A stretch of DNA of 62,222 bases. It comes from Actinomycetota bacterium. Lineage in GTDB: Bacteria > Actinomycetota > Actinomycetes > S36-B12 > UBA5976. Positions 40,061 to 50,755 of the stretch are shown piece by piece. Position numbers and translations under genes: made by a program. A model generated the notes under the pieces. It did not search any database, was not told where the DNA came from, and saw only the letters and a list, made by a program, of their open reading frames with translations. The DNA lies in assembly GCA_947448865.1 (NCBI GenBank), contig CANFOW010000004.1:1-62222 (forward strand), in the 5' to 3' direction. The number at the start of each line of letters is the position of its first letter. Position 1 is the stretch's first letter.

Positions 40061-41476
40061 CTATTGCGCCTCGAAAGTCACGGAACGGGTCGAAATATCC
40101 ACGGCTTTCAAAGTCACAGCAATTTGTTCGCCCACGGGAAATTCACCTAGACAACTTGCCTGTATGGCTGGCTGAGCAATAACAATTGTTGATTTTCCTC
40201 GACCTGACTCGGTTACCAGGGCGTTAAACACTTTCCCTACTTGATCCTGCAAGACAAATGCCTCGGCAGCATCTGTGCAACCGCGTTCTACGGAATTTGC
40301 GACATGGTGGGCGCCGCTCATGATGTCAGGTATTTGATCTAACGCACTTATTACCCAGCTCGGTACTTCGACTCCACTACTTAGACTCAGACACACTTCA
40401 AGTGCATACCTATCGACAAGTCGTCGCAGAGGCGCTGTGACATGCGCATACGCAGCGGCAACACCTGAGTGTGTGAGTAATTGCGGAAGTTCACCATTAA
40501 ACGCCTGGTATCCCGCGCCACGCATAAGCAATGTGCAATTTGCGATGAACGTTGCATGGGAATCACATGAAGGATCTAGCGTGCGCAGCAGCTCTGCATA
40601 CGTTCGCGTTTGTTCCCACTCGATTCCGAGATGCTGTGCAAGTTTTCGCAAAATTGCAACATCATGGTCATCTGCCGGTGGCATTGTGCGCAGGATCCCT
40701 ACCTTTGCAGAGATCATCATGTCGGCAGCTGCCATCCCGGTCATAAGTGAAATTTGCGCATTCCAGCGTTCAACGTTGTTTGGCGCACGATAGGTCAATT
40801 CACATGTTTGCTCAGTGACAAATACCTCTTGAGTGGGCAACGGAAGGTCTACTCCACCGCGCGCAATTTCCTGTTCGATTCGCAACGTCCCAACACGTTC
40901 GAGTAATGCAATCATTGGGTCCGCCGAGTGACTATCAATTTGTTTTTGCAGGCTGACGTAATCAAGTTTTGCCCGACTCTTAACTAAGGCTTTTTCAACT
41001 CGAGTGTCGGTCACCGCGCCATCCGCATCCAAGTCCATGGTCCATACATAGGCTCGACGTATTTCATTAGGCAACAAACTTGCGATGTTTTCACTGATGC
41101 TCAACGGATGAAGAGGCGCTTTAGTGTCGGGGCAATACATTGTCACACCGCGTTGATGAGTCGCTCGATCAATCGCACCACCCGGAGATACACAGGCGGC
41201 TACATCTGCAATTGCATAACGCACCCGAAATCCTGAACTGATACTTTCAATGTGTAACGCTTGATCGAGATCCTGTGCAGAAGCAGGGTCAATCGTGACA
41301 AACGGCAGTGACGTCAAGTCAGTTCGTGCACCGGAGGGTGTGGGCGATACAGCTTGTGCCTCTGCCAGCACATCAGGCTCAAACTCAATGGCCACCTTAA
41401 ACTCTTTGCGCACGTCCTCAAATGCTCGAATGAGGACATCGTTTCGGCCTTTGAGTTCTATGTATTTATGTGTCAT
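40061..41476 (-). CDS. RNB-domain exoribonuclease (RNase II/R family)
   Basis: TIDPASAQDLDQA, AIADV and HVTAPLRRLVDR motifs. Confidence 0.92.
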   Translation of the reverse strand: MTHKYIELKGRNDVLIRAFEDVRKEFKVAIEFEPDVLAEAQAVSPTPSGARTDLTSLPFVTIDPASAQDLDQALHIESISSGFRVRYAIADVAACVSPGGAIDRATHQRGVTMYCPDTKAPLHPLSISENIASLLPNEIRRAYVWTMDLDADGAVTDTRVEKALVKSRAKLDYVSLQKQIDSHSADPMIALLERVGTLRIEQEIARGGVDLPLPTQEVFVTEQTCELTYRAPNNVERWNAQISLMTGMAAADMMISAKVGILRTMPPADDHDVAILRKLAQHLGIEWEQTRTYAELLRTLDPSCDSHATFIANCTLLMRGAGYQAFNGELPQLLTHSGVAAAYAHVTAPLRRLVDRYALEVCLSLSSGVEVPSWVISALDQIPDIMSGAHHVANSVERGCTDAAEAFVLQDQVGKVFNALVTESGRGKSTIVIAQPAIQASCLGEFPVGEQIAVTLKAVDISTRSVTFEAQ

Positions 41477-41478
41477 GA

Positions 41479-42249
41479 CTAAATTGCCGCAACAACAACA
41501 TTAAGAATCACCGTGTTCCTTGACCGAAGGATGTCAACATCGGCACCCATGCCGCTGACGAGTTCAGCTAACTTGTCTACCGAATCAACTGGGCGTGGAT
41601 ATGAAACGATAGCTCGCACTATTCGTCCTTTAGTTGCTTTGTTGTGATGCGTGATGACTTTCGGTGGACCTGATGGCATTTTCTGTAAAATCTTGGGAGT
41701 CACGCAGTTCACAGAATCACTCACAGGACCCAGTGACACGTATGTTCCAGAACGCATATCAATGATGAAGTCGTCACATGCTTCAAATATTTCTCTAATT
41801 GATGGTGCCCAATGTTTTACAAGTGAGCCCACCTTGGGCAGAGCGCAGTTCCCTGATAATCGATAAGCAGCTATCTCGTCGGTAATGCGAATCAGCCCAT
41901 ACAGAGCTGACATTACATACGTTGAGTCCGCGAGACGCGTCATGTGCTTCGTGGTCAAAGTCGACATTCCGATGGCGTCATACAGCACACCTGAATAAAT
42001 CTCGTGGGCGGGAGCTGTGGGATTTGTCAGTAGCCCTTTATTCCGCTCAATTTCATCATCTTGGTTTTTCGTCAAACCTAATGCTTCACGCGCTTTTGCT
42101 TTCGATCCATTTGATAACGAAACCAAACCTCGAATTGCTTGTTCACGTTTGGCAGTTAATTCGGGATACGTCAGTGAATCAAGTCTTAAAGATGACGTCA
42201 TGGTTCCAGTGGTCTTACCTTCGGATGGCGGTAACACAATCATGGTCAT
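41479..42249 (-). CDS. yaaA: Peroxide stress protein YaaA
   Basis: LPPSEGK, YSGVLY, SALYG, YRL and NKATKG motifs. Confidence 0.88.
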   Translation of the reverse strand: MTMIVLPPSEGKTTGTMTSSLRLDSLTYPELTAKREQAIRGLVSLSNGSKAKAREALGLTKNQDDEIERNKGLLTNPTAPAHEIYSGVLYDAIGMSTLTTKHMTRLADSTYVMSALYGLIRITDEIAAYRLSGNCALPKVGSLVKHWAPSIREIFEACDDFIIDMRSGTYVSLGPVSDSVNCVTPKILQKMPSGPPKVITHHNKATKGRIVRAIVSYPRPVDSVDKLAELVSGMGADVDILRSRNTVILNVVVAAI

Positions 42250-42686
42250 CAGGGACGCTCGATAATTCCTGACCCACCAGCAAGATGTCCATCGAGAGCT
42301 TCATTGGCTAGTGCATCGGCATGCTTGTTATCTTCGCGTGGAATCCACGTGTAAGTGACGTTGCCGAATGGCAAAATATCGCGAGCTTGCATCGCTAACG
42401 CACGCATGTCGGGGCTTTTAATCTTCCAGCGTCCGCTCATTTGCTCGACAACTAATTTGCTATCCATGCGTACTTCGACAATCGCATCAGGATCTATCTC
42501 GGACACCGCAGTTAAACCGGCAATGAGTCCGTTGTATTCAGCAAAGTTATTTGTTGCATGACCTAGGACTGCAGCTCGTTCGGCCACTACTTCACCGGTT
42601 TCTCCATGCAGTACAACGGCTCCATAGGATGCGTGACCTGGATTACCGCGCGATGCTCCATCGGCCTCGATAACGAAGCGTGTCAC
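42249..42686 (-). CDS. rnhA: Ribonuclease HI (stand-alone domain)
   Basis: EADGASRGNPG, TNN.AEY, DSKLVVEQM and N..ADALAN motifs; GTG overlaps the upstream TGA. Confidence 0.9.
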   Translation of the reverse strand: MTRFVIEADGASRGNPGHASYGAVVLHGETGEVVAERAAVLGHATNNFAEYNGLIAGLTAVSEIDPDAIVEVRMDSKLVVEQMSGRWKIKSPDMRALAMQARDILPFGNVTYTWIPREDNKHADALANEALDGHLAGGSGIIERP

Positions 42687-43432
42687 AGACCAGACTCCGC
42701 AGTACGTACCAAAATGCGACGACACTCTTCGCACCGAACAACAACTTGTGGATCAATATTCCGAATGCGTTGCAACTCTGTTGCATCAACTGCGATGCGG
42801 CATCCCTGACATGCTCCGCGATGAAGCATCGCTGCTCCAACGCCACCTGAATCTGCACGCACTTTGTCATAAAACGCTAAAAGATCTGCTGGAACATCCG
42901 CCGCTAAACCTGCTCGATCACTGTCCAGCGCTGACTTTTGACCATCGAGGTCCGCCATAATCGCAGTTAACTCAGCTCGAACAGTGCCTAGTTGAGTTTC
43001 GATTTCGGTTCGCTCATTAGTTAAGCGTTCTAACACCTGTTGCGATTCTTCAACTTGCTGCATCACTTCAAGCTCAACGTCTTCAAGTTCGGCTTGTCGT
43101 CGTGATAAAGACACAATCTCGTGTTGCAGACTTTCGAGTTCCTTCACGGCATTGACTGCACCGGAATCGAGGCGTTCCTGATCGCGTTTTGCGCGATTAC
43201 GCACTTGCTCAACGTCTGACTCGGCTTTCGATTGGCTAAGCGAGAGATCTGCTAGGTGCGTACGAGCTGCGACTAACTGCATGTCTAGCGAACCGAGTGC
43301 GACTTCGAGGTCTTGGACAAGTTTGACTTGCTCCACGGTGGCGCGTTTGTGAGCGAGTTGCAGCAACTTTGTGTCGAGCGCCTGCACATCAAGCAACAGA
43401 CGTTGCTGTTCAGGACTTGCGGTGACTGCCAC
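42683..43432 (-). CDS. Coiled-coil C4-type zinc-ribbon protein
   Basis: Long coiled coil, CQGC...CEECRRIL. Confidence 0.9.
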   Translation of the reverse strand: MAVTASPEQQRLLLDVQALDTKLLQLAHKRATVEQVKLVQDLEVALGSLDMQLVAARTHLADLSLSQSKAESDVEQVRNRAKRDQERLDSGAVNAVKELESLQHEIVSLSRRQAELEDVELEVMQQVEESQQVLERLTNERTEIETQLGTVRAELTAIMADLDGQKSALDSDRAGLAADVPADLLAFYDKVRADSGGVGAAMLHRGACQGCRIAVDATELQRIRNIDPQVVVRCEECRRILVRTAESGL

Positions 43433-43488
43433 TGGTGACTCCTCGATACTTTGTGGTTACACCTTACCCGCGAGCCATTGACTCGTGA

Positions 43489-44289
43489 TTAAGCAACCTG
43501 AATCGACGTCTTAGCAAGCCCCATCCAATAGCCATCAATGACGACATCAGCAGGTACATTCACATCGCTCGACGCACCTAATGTGACAAAAAGTGGCGAC
43601 AAATGTTCCACTGTCGGATGCGCATACGGCATTCCCGGAGCAAGCTCGCGATAGTTCATCAACGTGTCGATATCCGCTCTGGCCATCGCTTCTTGCGCCC
43701 ATAAATTGAAGTCAACACTCCAACCAGGTGCTTGCGCCTCAATGCGGAAGTCGCGTAAGTAAGGCAGCCCATGTGTCAGGAATCCACTTCCCACTATGAG
43801 CACGCCTTCATCGCGAAGTGGTGCCAAACGTTGCCCGAGTGTAAACAGTTCCTCGGGGTTATGGCTGGGGATCGACATTTGCAAAACCGGAATGTCAGCA
43901 TCGGGATACATCACCATCAGCGGCACGTAAGCACCATGGTCCAATCCACGACGCTTATTGTCGGTGATTGATTGAGTATCAGACATGACGGCATGAACTT
44001 TGGTAGCCAAGTTTTGTGAGTCAGGTGTTGTGTACGTGATGTTGTAATACTTTGGATCAAATCCGCCAAAGTCATAAATAAGCGGTGTGCCTGTGTCAGT
44101 TGCACCCAGCATGAGCGGCGCGGCTTCCCAATGCGCCGACACAATCAGAATGGCTTTGGGTTGAGCAATCGTTGCAGCTAAATCCGCAAGTTGACCGCAC
44201 CAGACTGGATCATCGAGCAATAGCGGGGCGCCGTGACCAATATAAAGCGCTGGCATCTTCGTGCTGATTTCCAGACTCATCGCATCCAC
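43489..44289 (-). CDS. DODA/LigB-type extradiol dioxygenase
   Basis: HGAP, SAHW, GLDHG, GSG..TH and HPT.EH motifs. Confidence 0.88.
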   Translation of the reverse strand: MDAMSLEISTKMPALYIGHGAPLLLDDPVWCGQLADLAATIAQPKAILIVSAHWEAAPLMLGATDTGTPLIYDFGGFDPKYYNITYTTPDSQNLATKVHAVMSDTQSITDNKRRGLDHGAYVPLMVMYPDADIPVLQMSIPSHNPEELFTLGQRLAPLRDEGVLIVGSGFLTHGLPYLRDFRIEAQAPGWSVDFNLWAQEAMARADIDTLMNYRELAPGMPYAHPTVEHLSPLFVTLGASSDVNVPADVVIDGYWMGLAKTSIQVA

Positions 44290-44377
44290 CTAAGTAATTG
44301 AACTTTCAACTAAATCTACTTCAGCAATGCGCTCTCGTCAAGGATCTCGAGGTTCTGCAGGGCACCATGGAGAAAAT

Positions 44378-44407
44378 GGAAAGACCCCCATTTCTGAGGG
44401 CCCTTCC
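44378..44407 (-). terminator. Terminator after the ScyD/ScyE gene
   Basis: Minus strand ggaagggccctca-gaaa-tgggggtctttcc followed by atttt. Confidence 0.7.
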
Positions 44408-44450
44408 TGACGAGACTTTGCCTTTCGGCAGTCAGTACTCAGTTAGTGAG

Positions 44451-45596
44451 TTAGTGATCACCACGTGAGCGGAATCGCACAATCGAGCCAGTTCCGGCCA
44501 GTGTGCTATCCGACATGTTCGACACATACACAGTGCCTTCTTCGTCAACAGCAACACCATTAGGAAGATCGAGCTGGCCACTGCCAATGACAGAACGTCC
44601 GCTGGCAGGATGCGCGAATGGCACCTTAACAACATCGCCGGTAAACATTTCAACAGCGTAGAAATTGCCACGCTTGTCGAAGGTACATCCCGTGATGGTG
44701 CTAAATCCTGTTGCCCACACAGTTGCCACACTCAGGATTGTGGAGATGTCGTTGGGAACAGTTGCCTTCGGGTCAACGCGATAAACCTTGGCGGTCCCTG
44801 GTCCTGCAACAAAGAAGTCAGCCAGAGCTAACGTTCCAACATAGAGTGCGCCATCAGGACCTTGTGCAACACATGTTGGTACGGAATCGCTGTATTCAGT
44901 GTGTGGAAAGTGCGCGAGAACGTTGACGTCTCCAGAGGCAAGCACTTCATCAAGAGTGTTTGTTGCTGCATCGACAACGTACGTGTGACCCTTTGTGACG
45001 AGAACGCCATAGGGGTCAGAATCTGGGAATTGAGGCGACGCCCATGATTCGCCTACGTACTGAGCACTCCACGCAAGTCCAGCCGCACCAACGTCGGCAA
45101 TCGTGACGGGAGCATGTGTTCCTGTTGCCGTGACGAGTTCACCAAGCCCAGGTTCACCGGCAGCACCAATAATCGCGACATAACCAGACTTAGACCCACG
45201 TCCCCATGCTGAAATACCGTCTGGTCCAAGAGCTTCAAGTGATCCGCCCTCAATAGCTGCAGAAGACGCTAGGCCGCTAACGATGCGCGAAGCGCTCGGA
45301 TGCGACGACCCTGGACGCGAAATCGAAGTGATGGAACCAGTAGGACCCACTCCGAGCTGGACACCGTCAACCGAGTTACCTGAACCTAAGCCGGCTTCAG
45401 TGACGTAAAGCACTGGCGTATTGCCTTCGCCTAGCGCAATGCCGCGCGGATTATTCAGACCTGTAGCAATGACCTGCCCTTGTAAACGGCGTTCGCTTGA
45501 TGCCTGAGCTACGCTCGAAAGCCCCAACGATGCGACGATCGACGCCACAGCAGCAGATGAAGCAATGATTACTTTCGGGAGTCGTGACATAAACAA
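44451..45596 (-). CDS. Secreted ScyD/ScyE-family beta-propeller protein
   Basis: Signal peptide; GLNNPRG, SDPY, DAATN, VPT..GPDGALYVG and P.GVA motifs. Confidence 0.78.
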   Translation of the reverse strand: MFMSRLPKVIIASSAAVASIVASLGLSSVAQASSERRLQGQVIATGLNNPRGIALGEGNTPVLYVTEAGLGSGNSVDGVQLGVGPTGSITSISRPGSSHPSASRIVSGLASSAAIEGGSLEALGPDGISAWGRGSKSGYVAIIGAAGEPGLGELVTATGTHAPVTIADVGAAGLAWSAQYVGESWASPQFPDSDPYGVLVTKGHTYVVDAATNTLDEVLASGDVNVLAHFPHTEYSDSVPTCVAQGPDGALYVGTLALADFFVAGPGTAKVYRVDPKATVPNDISTILSVATVWATGFSTITGCTFDKRGNFYAVEMFTGDVVKVPFAHPASGRSVIGSGQLDLPNGVAVDEEGTVYVSNMSDSTLAGTGSIVRFRSRGDH

Positions 45597-45732
45597 TTCC
45601 TAGCTGACTTGTGTGAATTCGCAGCACAATTATTGAGAGCGATTAGCACCGAAGGTCGACGCTATGAATTAGTAAGTGTACGGACACAAGCCGCTTGAAT
45701 TCAGGTTCATGACTAAACCTGACAATCGTGTG

Positions 45733-45806
45733 TGGGCGCTAAGGGACTTGAACCCCTGACCCTCTCGGTGTAAACGAGATGCTCTAGCCAACTGAGCTAA
45801 GCGCCC
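45733..45806 (-). tRNA. tRNA-Val(TAC), CCA not encoded
   Basis: Reverse complement gggcgcttagctcagttggctagagcatctcgttTACaccgagagggtcaggggttcaagtcccttagcgccca folds as a cloverleaf. Confidence 0.95.
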
Positions 45807-45868
45807 TTTCAGGTGCACTGGCAAACTGTGCGGTCACTAACTTACCTAGCCTGAGCCAGAAAGTGAAA

Positions 45869-45907
45869 TCACGCACCAGGAAGTCTCGGGTCTACCCTGG
45901 TGCGTGA
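45869..45907. terminator. Hairpin between the peroxiredoxin gene and the tRNA-Val promoter
   Basis: 12-bp arms tcacgcaccagg / cctggtgcgtga. Confidence 0.5.
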
Positions 45908-45971
45908 CTTTCCCATTTCACACCACAACTCTCAAACTCGCATCTTGAGAGCGGCGCTGTGGTGGTAAAAA

Positions 45972-46433
45972 TTAGAGAATTGCGGCCAGGGCTTCTGTGT
46001 AGTCTGCGTGGTTACGCGCATCGCCAGGAGCATTAACGACTGACCAGCGCAGAATTCCCTCTTTATCAATAATGAAGGTGCCTCGAAGCGAGAATCCGCG
46101 AGCTTCAAAGAAGGCGCCGTACTTTTGCGAAATCTCGCCATGTGGCCAAAAATCGCTCAGGATTGGGAAGTTCAAATTCTCTTTCTCCGCGAATGCATGC
46201 AAGGCCGCTGATGAGTCGCACGAGATTCCAAGCACCTGAACATCATCTGTAACGAAGTGCTCTTTATTGTCGCGGATTGTGCACAGTTCTTCTGTACAGA
46301 TGTTTGTGAATGCCATGGGGTAAAAAATCAATACGACAACCTTGTCGCCGCGAAATTGTGACAAAACCACTTCTTCGCCAAATTGATTCTTCAACATGAA
46401 ATCCGGTGCCAACTGACCAATCTCGAGTGTCAT
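45972..46433 (-). CDS. Peroxiredoxin (AhpE-like, 1-Cys)
   Basis: FYPMAFTNICTEEL, SDFWPHG and RGTF motifs. Confidence 0.9.
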   Translation of the reverse strand: MTLEIGQLAPDFMLKNQFGEEVVLSQFRGDKVVVLIFYPMAFTNICTEELCTIRDNKEHFVTDDVQVLGISCDSSAALHAFAEKENLNFPILSDFWPHGEISQKYGAFFEARGFSLRGTFIIDKEGILRWSVVNAPGDARNHADYTEALAAIL

Positions 46434-46518
46434 ACTGTCCTGCCTTTAGTGAGTGCCGATCACGAGCATGGATCGCTCGAGTATTTTTCTTTCGAACTTT
46501 AAGACTATTAGCGCGGTC

Positions 46519-46926
46519 TTAACGACGCGACTTCGGTGCAACAAGTCGCGTACCTTGCCAGGCTGGTGCGGCGCTTATTGTGCTCGTCGCTTGCAAGCCA
46601 GCTGTTGGCGCAGCATCGGAAATGTCGCTTGGTTCTACATGCCCAGGTCGCCCAGGCTTTGGTGTCATCAACCAGACAACACCTGAATCCGCTAGCGGGG
46701 CAAGGGCATCCACGAGAGCATCCACGAGATCGCCATCATCGTCGCGCCACCACAACAACACGACATCGACGACATCTTCAAAATCTTCATCAACGAGCTC
46801 GGCGACAGATTCAATTGCTTGCGTGATTGTGTCATCGCAGTCTTCTGCGTATCCCACTTCTTGCACTATCTGGCCGGCAGATATACCTAGCTTTCCTGCT
46901 AGTCCCGCAGGGGCGTTCTCAGTCAC
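46519..46926 (-). CDS. DUF3052 protein
   Basis: LLWWRDDDGDLVD and WLMTPK.GR motifs; conserved position divergent from aceE. Confidence 0.9.
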   Translation of the reverse strand: MTENAPAGLAGKLGISAGQIVQEVGYAEDCDDTITQAIESVAELVDEDFEDVVDVVLLWWRDDDGDLVDALVDALAPLADSGVVWLMTPKPGRPGHVEPSDISDAAPTAGLQATSTISAAPAWQGTRLVAPKSRR

Positions 46927-47078
46927 AATCCATAGTCCACCTGACAATTGCAGAATTAGCAACCGCCACGCAGAAATCGGCTAATGATTTTTCGCCCATA
47001 TCGTGGACTCACTTGGCGAATGCAGGCCCTCATGCGAGACAATATGTTGACACAACCTTGAAGCAGAGTGGGAAATAG

Positions 47079-49808
47079 ATGAGCGTGGAACGGGAATCGC
47101 TACTTGCGGGCGGACTACCAACCCAATATGTCGACGTCAATCCAGAGGAAACCCGCGAGTGGCTTGAATCCTTGGATGCCTTAATTGCTGCCGAAGGTGA
47201 GCAACGCGCTCGACACATTATGTTGTCACTTTTGCGCCATTCGTCCGAACGCAATGTGGGCTTACCAAGTCTTCGCTCCACTGATTACATCAACACAATT
47301 CCACCGGAACGTGAACCCGTTTTCCCAGGCGATGAAGCAATTGAACGACGCATCCGTTCTTACATTCGCTGGAACGCTGCCATCATGGTTCACCGTGCAC
47401 AGCGCCCTGGCGTAGGTGTTGGTGGACACATCTCAACGTATGCATCGAGCGCCTCACTGTATGAAGTGGGATTCAACCATTTCTTTAGAGGCCCAGACCA
47501 TCCCGGTGGTGGCGATCAGATTTTTATGCAAGGACATGCCTCACCTGGTGCCTACGCTCGCGCCTTTCTTGAGGGTCGTCTTTCCGAAGAGCGCCTTGAT
47601 GGTTTCCGCCAAGAACTTTCGGCTGCCCCTCATGGATTGCCGAGCTATCCTCACCCGCGCCTGATGCCAGATTTCTGGCAATTCCCCACCGTCTCTATGG
47701 GTCTTGGCCCGATGAATGCGATTTACCAAGCTCGATTTAATCGCTACCTGCATCACCGTGGCATTAAAGACACATCACAACAACATGTGTGGGCTTTCCT
47801 TGGTGACGGTGAAATGGACGAGCCTGAATCACTCGGCGCGATTGGTATTGCAGCTCGCGAGGAACTCGACAATCTCACGTTTGTCATCAACTGCAATCTG
47901 CAACGTCTCGATGGACCTGTGCGCGGAAACGGCAAAATCATTCAAGAACTCGAATCACATTTCCGTGGTGCTGGATGGAATGTCATCAAGGTCATCTGGG
48001 GACGCGAGTGGGATGAACTTTTGGCAATGGACAACGAAGGTGCGCTTATCAATTTGATGAACCGCACACCTGATGGTGACTTCCAAACGTACAAGAGTGA
48101 AAGTGGCGGATTTGTTCGCGACAACTTCTTTGGTCGTGATCCACGCACAAAAGCAATGGTCGAAGACTGGTCTGACGATCGCGTGTGGAATCTCAAGCGC
48201 GGTGGCCATGACTACGCCAAGCTGTATGCCGCATATGCAGCGGCTCAGGCACACACTGGCCAACCGACTGTGATCTTGGCGAAAACTATCAAGGGTTGGA
48301 CACTGGGTTCACACTTCGAAGGTCGCAACGCAACTCACCAGATGAAGAAACTGACGCTGGAAGATTTGTTGCATTTCCGTGACACTCTGCAAATTCCTTT
48401 GGCTGACAATCAAATCGACGCCAAGCTTCCTCCTTATTTCCATCCAGGCGAAGATCACGCGCATATCCAGTACCTCAAAGAACGTCGCCAGCAACTAGGT
48501 GGCAATCTTCCAGCACGTCGCAAGGTGTCCCGCCCACTGCAATTGCCTGGCGATGAAGCATACGCAGACATGAAATCTGGATCGGGCAATCAATACGTCG
48601 CAACAACAATGGCGTTTGTTCGCCTGCTGCGTGATCTGTTGCGCGATAAGAACATCGGTCATCGCATCGTGCCTATCATTCCTGATGAAGCCCGCACTTT
48701 TGGCATGGATAGCTTCTTCCCCACTCTCAAGATTTATTCACCACATGGACAGCAGTACATGTCGGTGGATCGCGACTTGATGTTGTCCTACAAAGAATCG
48801 GAAATCGGTCAGATTCTGCACGAAGGAATCAACGAAGCAGGATCCGTTGCATCGTGGACAGCCGTTGCAACGTCGTATTCAACACATGACGAACCAATGA
48901 TTCCCGTTTACATCTTTTATTCGATGTTTGGCTTCCAACGCACGGGCGATTCATTCTGGCTCGCTGGTGACCAGATGGCCCGCGGCTTCGTACTCGGAGC
49001 AACTGCAGGTCGTACGACACTAAACGGTGAAGGTCTCCAGCACGAAGACGGTCACTCGCATTTGTTGGCGTCAACGAACCCAGCTGTTATCGCATATGAC
49101 CCGGCATTTGCTTTCGAAATTGGTCACATTATTCGCGATGGTCTTCGCCGCATGTACGGTGAAGATTCTGAGAACGTGTACTACTACATCACGGTCTACA
49201 ACGAACCAATTATTCAGCCTGCAGAGCCTGAGTCCGTTGATGTTGACGGCATCATTCGCGGAATGCACTTGTACTCACGTGCTGCAGAACGCAAGTCGCT
49301 CCATGCACAGATTCTTGCCTCAGGTGTTTCCGTTCCTTGGGCATTGGAAGCACAGCGCAAACTTCACGAAGAGTGGGGTGTCAGTTCTGATGTGTGGTCC
49401 GTGACCTCATGGAACGAACTACGCCGCGATGGTCTTGAGGCAGATCGTCACAACCTGCTCAATCCATTAGGCGAAACCAAGCAGGCATATGTCACGCAAC
49501 GTCTGGCTGGCACAGACGGTCCTGTTATTGCAGTGTCTGACTACATGCGCGCAGTACAAGATCAGATTCGCGATTGGGTTCCTGGCGATTTCGTTTCCTT
49601 GGGAACTGATGGCTGGGGCATGTCAGATACTCGCGGTGCATTGCGACGCCACTTCCTAGTCGATGCCGAAAGTATTGTCGTGCAAACCTTGGCAATGCTG
49701 GCAAAGCGCGGCGAATTCGATGCACATCGAGTTCAAGAAGCCATTGATCGCTACCAACTCCACGACCCGAAGGCAGCCGGAGCAGGCAACACCGAGGGTG
49801 GCGGCTGA
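47079..49808 (+). CDS. aceE: Pyruvate dehydrogenase E1 (homodimeric)
   Basis: GGHIS, GDGEMDE...N, PDEARTFG and GEGLQH motifs. Confidence 0.97.
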   Translation: MSVERESLLAGGLPTQYVDVNPEETREWLESLDALIAAEGEQRARHIMLSLLRHSSERNVGLPSLRSTDYINTIPPEREPVFPGDEAIERRIRSYIRWNAAIMVHRAQRPGVGVGGHISTYASSASLYEVGFNHFFRGPDHPGGGDQIFMQGHASPGAYARAFLEGRLSEERLDGFRQELSAAPHGLPSYPHPRLMPDFWQFPTVSMGLGPMNAIYQARFNRYLHHRGIKDTSQQHVWAFLGDGEMDEPESLGAIGIAAREELDNLTFVINCNLQRLDGPVRGNGKIIQELESHFRGAGWNVIKVIWGREWDELLAMDNEGALINLMNRTPDGDFQTYKSESGGFVRDNFFGRDPRTKAMVEDWSDDRVWNLKRGGHDYAKLYAAYAAAQAHTGQPTVILAKTIKGWTLGSHFEGRNATHQMKKLTLEDLLHFRDTLQIPLADNQIDAKLPPYFHPGEDHAHIQYLKERRQQLGGNLPARRKVSRPLQLPGDEAYADMKSGSGNQYVATTMAFVRLLRDLLRDKNIGHRIVPIIPDEARTFGMDSFFPTLKIYSPHGQQYMSVDRDLMLSYKESEIGQILHEGINEAGSVASWTAVATSYSTHDEPMIPVYIFYSMFGFQRTGDSFWLAGDQMARGFVLGATAGRTTLNGEGLQHEDGHSHLLASTNPAVIAYDPAFAFEIGHIIRDGLRRMYGEDSENVYYYITVYNEPIIQPAEPESVDVDGIIRGMHLYSRAAERKSLHAQILASGVSVPWALEAQRKLHEEWGVSSDVWSVTSWNELRRDGLEADRHNLLNPLGETKQAYVTQRLAGTDGPVIAVSDYMRAVQDQIRDWVPGDFVSLGTDGWGMSDTRGALRRHFLVDAESIVVQTLAMLAKRGEFDAHRVQEAIDRYQLHDPKAAGAGNTEGGG

Positions 49809-49810
49809 TC

Positions 49811-50737
49811 GTGAACCGTTTGCACCTTGGAAAAACAACGCTGAGCGTTCATCCGTTGTGTCTAGGTGGCAATGTGTTCGGGTGGAGTGCCAACGAAGTT
49901 GAGTCGACTGCGGTATTGAATCGCTATTTCGATATGGGTGGCAACTTCATTGACACCGCAGACATGTACAGCGAATGGCACGACGGAAATGTTGGTGGAG
50001 AAAGCGAATCCATCATTGGTAACTGGATGGCTGCACGCGGAAACCGTGACGACGTTGTTATTGCAACCAAAGTTGCAAAGTCTTCTCGTCGACAAGGTTT
50101 AAGTGCCGACAACATTCGCCTTGCGGTTGATGAATCACTTGCTCGACTGAAAACCGACTACATCGATATTTATTACGCTCATCACGATGACAACGACGTA
50201 CCGCTTACAGAAACCTTGACCGCTTTTCACGAACTGGTCGTTGCAGGCAAAGTGCGTTATCTCGGAGCATCGAACTACACAGGTGAACGTCTCGCCGAGG
50301 CACTTCGCATTTCACGTGAACTTGGAATAAGCGAGTACGTCGTCGTACAACCGCTGTTCAACGTGATTGAAAGAAGCGAATACGAAGGTACTTTGCAAAA
50401 CCTATGTGTCTCCGAAAATATTTCTTGCCTTCCCTACTATTCGGTAGCGCGCGGATTACTGACCGGAAAGTACACACGTGATCATTTCGCAGACAGCGTT
50501 CGTGCAGAAGATATTGAAGAAACTGTCGATGAGCGTTCGTGGGCCATTGTGGATCAGGTTGCAGAAATTGCTCAAGAGCTCAACGTATCTATGTCCGCTG
50601 TAGCTTTAGCGTGGCTTCGGGCACAAGGCGCAGTCGCAAGTCCGATTGCGAGTGCACGTGTTGAGTCACAGCTTTCTGATCTGATGGAACTTGTCACCCT
50701 CACTGACGCGCAACGTGCAACACTGTCTGAACTTTAA
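49811..50737 (+). CDS. Aldo/keto reductase
   Basis: GGNVFG, DTADMY, IATK and DYIDIYYAH motifs. Confidence 0.92.
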   Translation: MNRLHLGKTTLSVHPLCLGGNVFGWSANEVESTAVLNRYFDMGGNFIDTADMYSEWHDGNVGGESESIIGNWMAARGNRDDVVIATKVAKSSRRQGLSADNIRLAVDESLARLKTDYIDIYYAHHDDNDVPLTETLTAFHELVVAGKVRYLGASNYTGERLAEALRISRELGISEYVVVQPLFNVIERSEYEGTLQNLCVSENISCLPYYSVARGLLTGKYTRDHFADSVRAEDIEETVDERSWAIVDQVAEIAQELNVSMSAVALAWLRAQGAVASPIASARVESQLSDLMELVTLTDAQRATLSEL

Positions 50738-50755
50738 GTACGTCATGGTTGCAGC

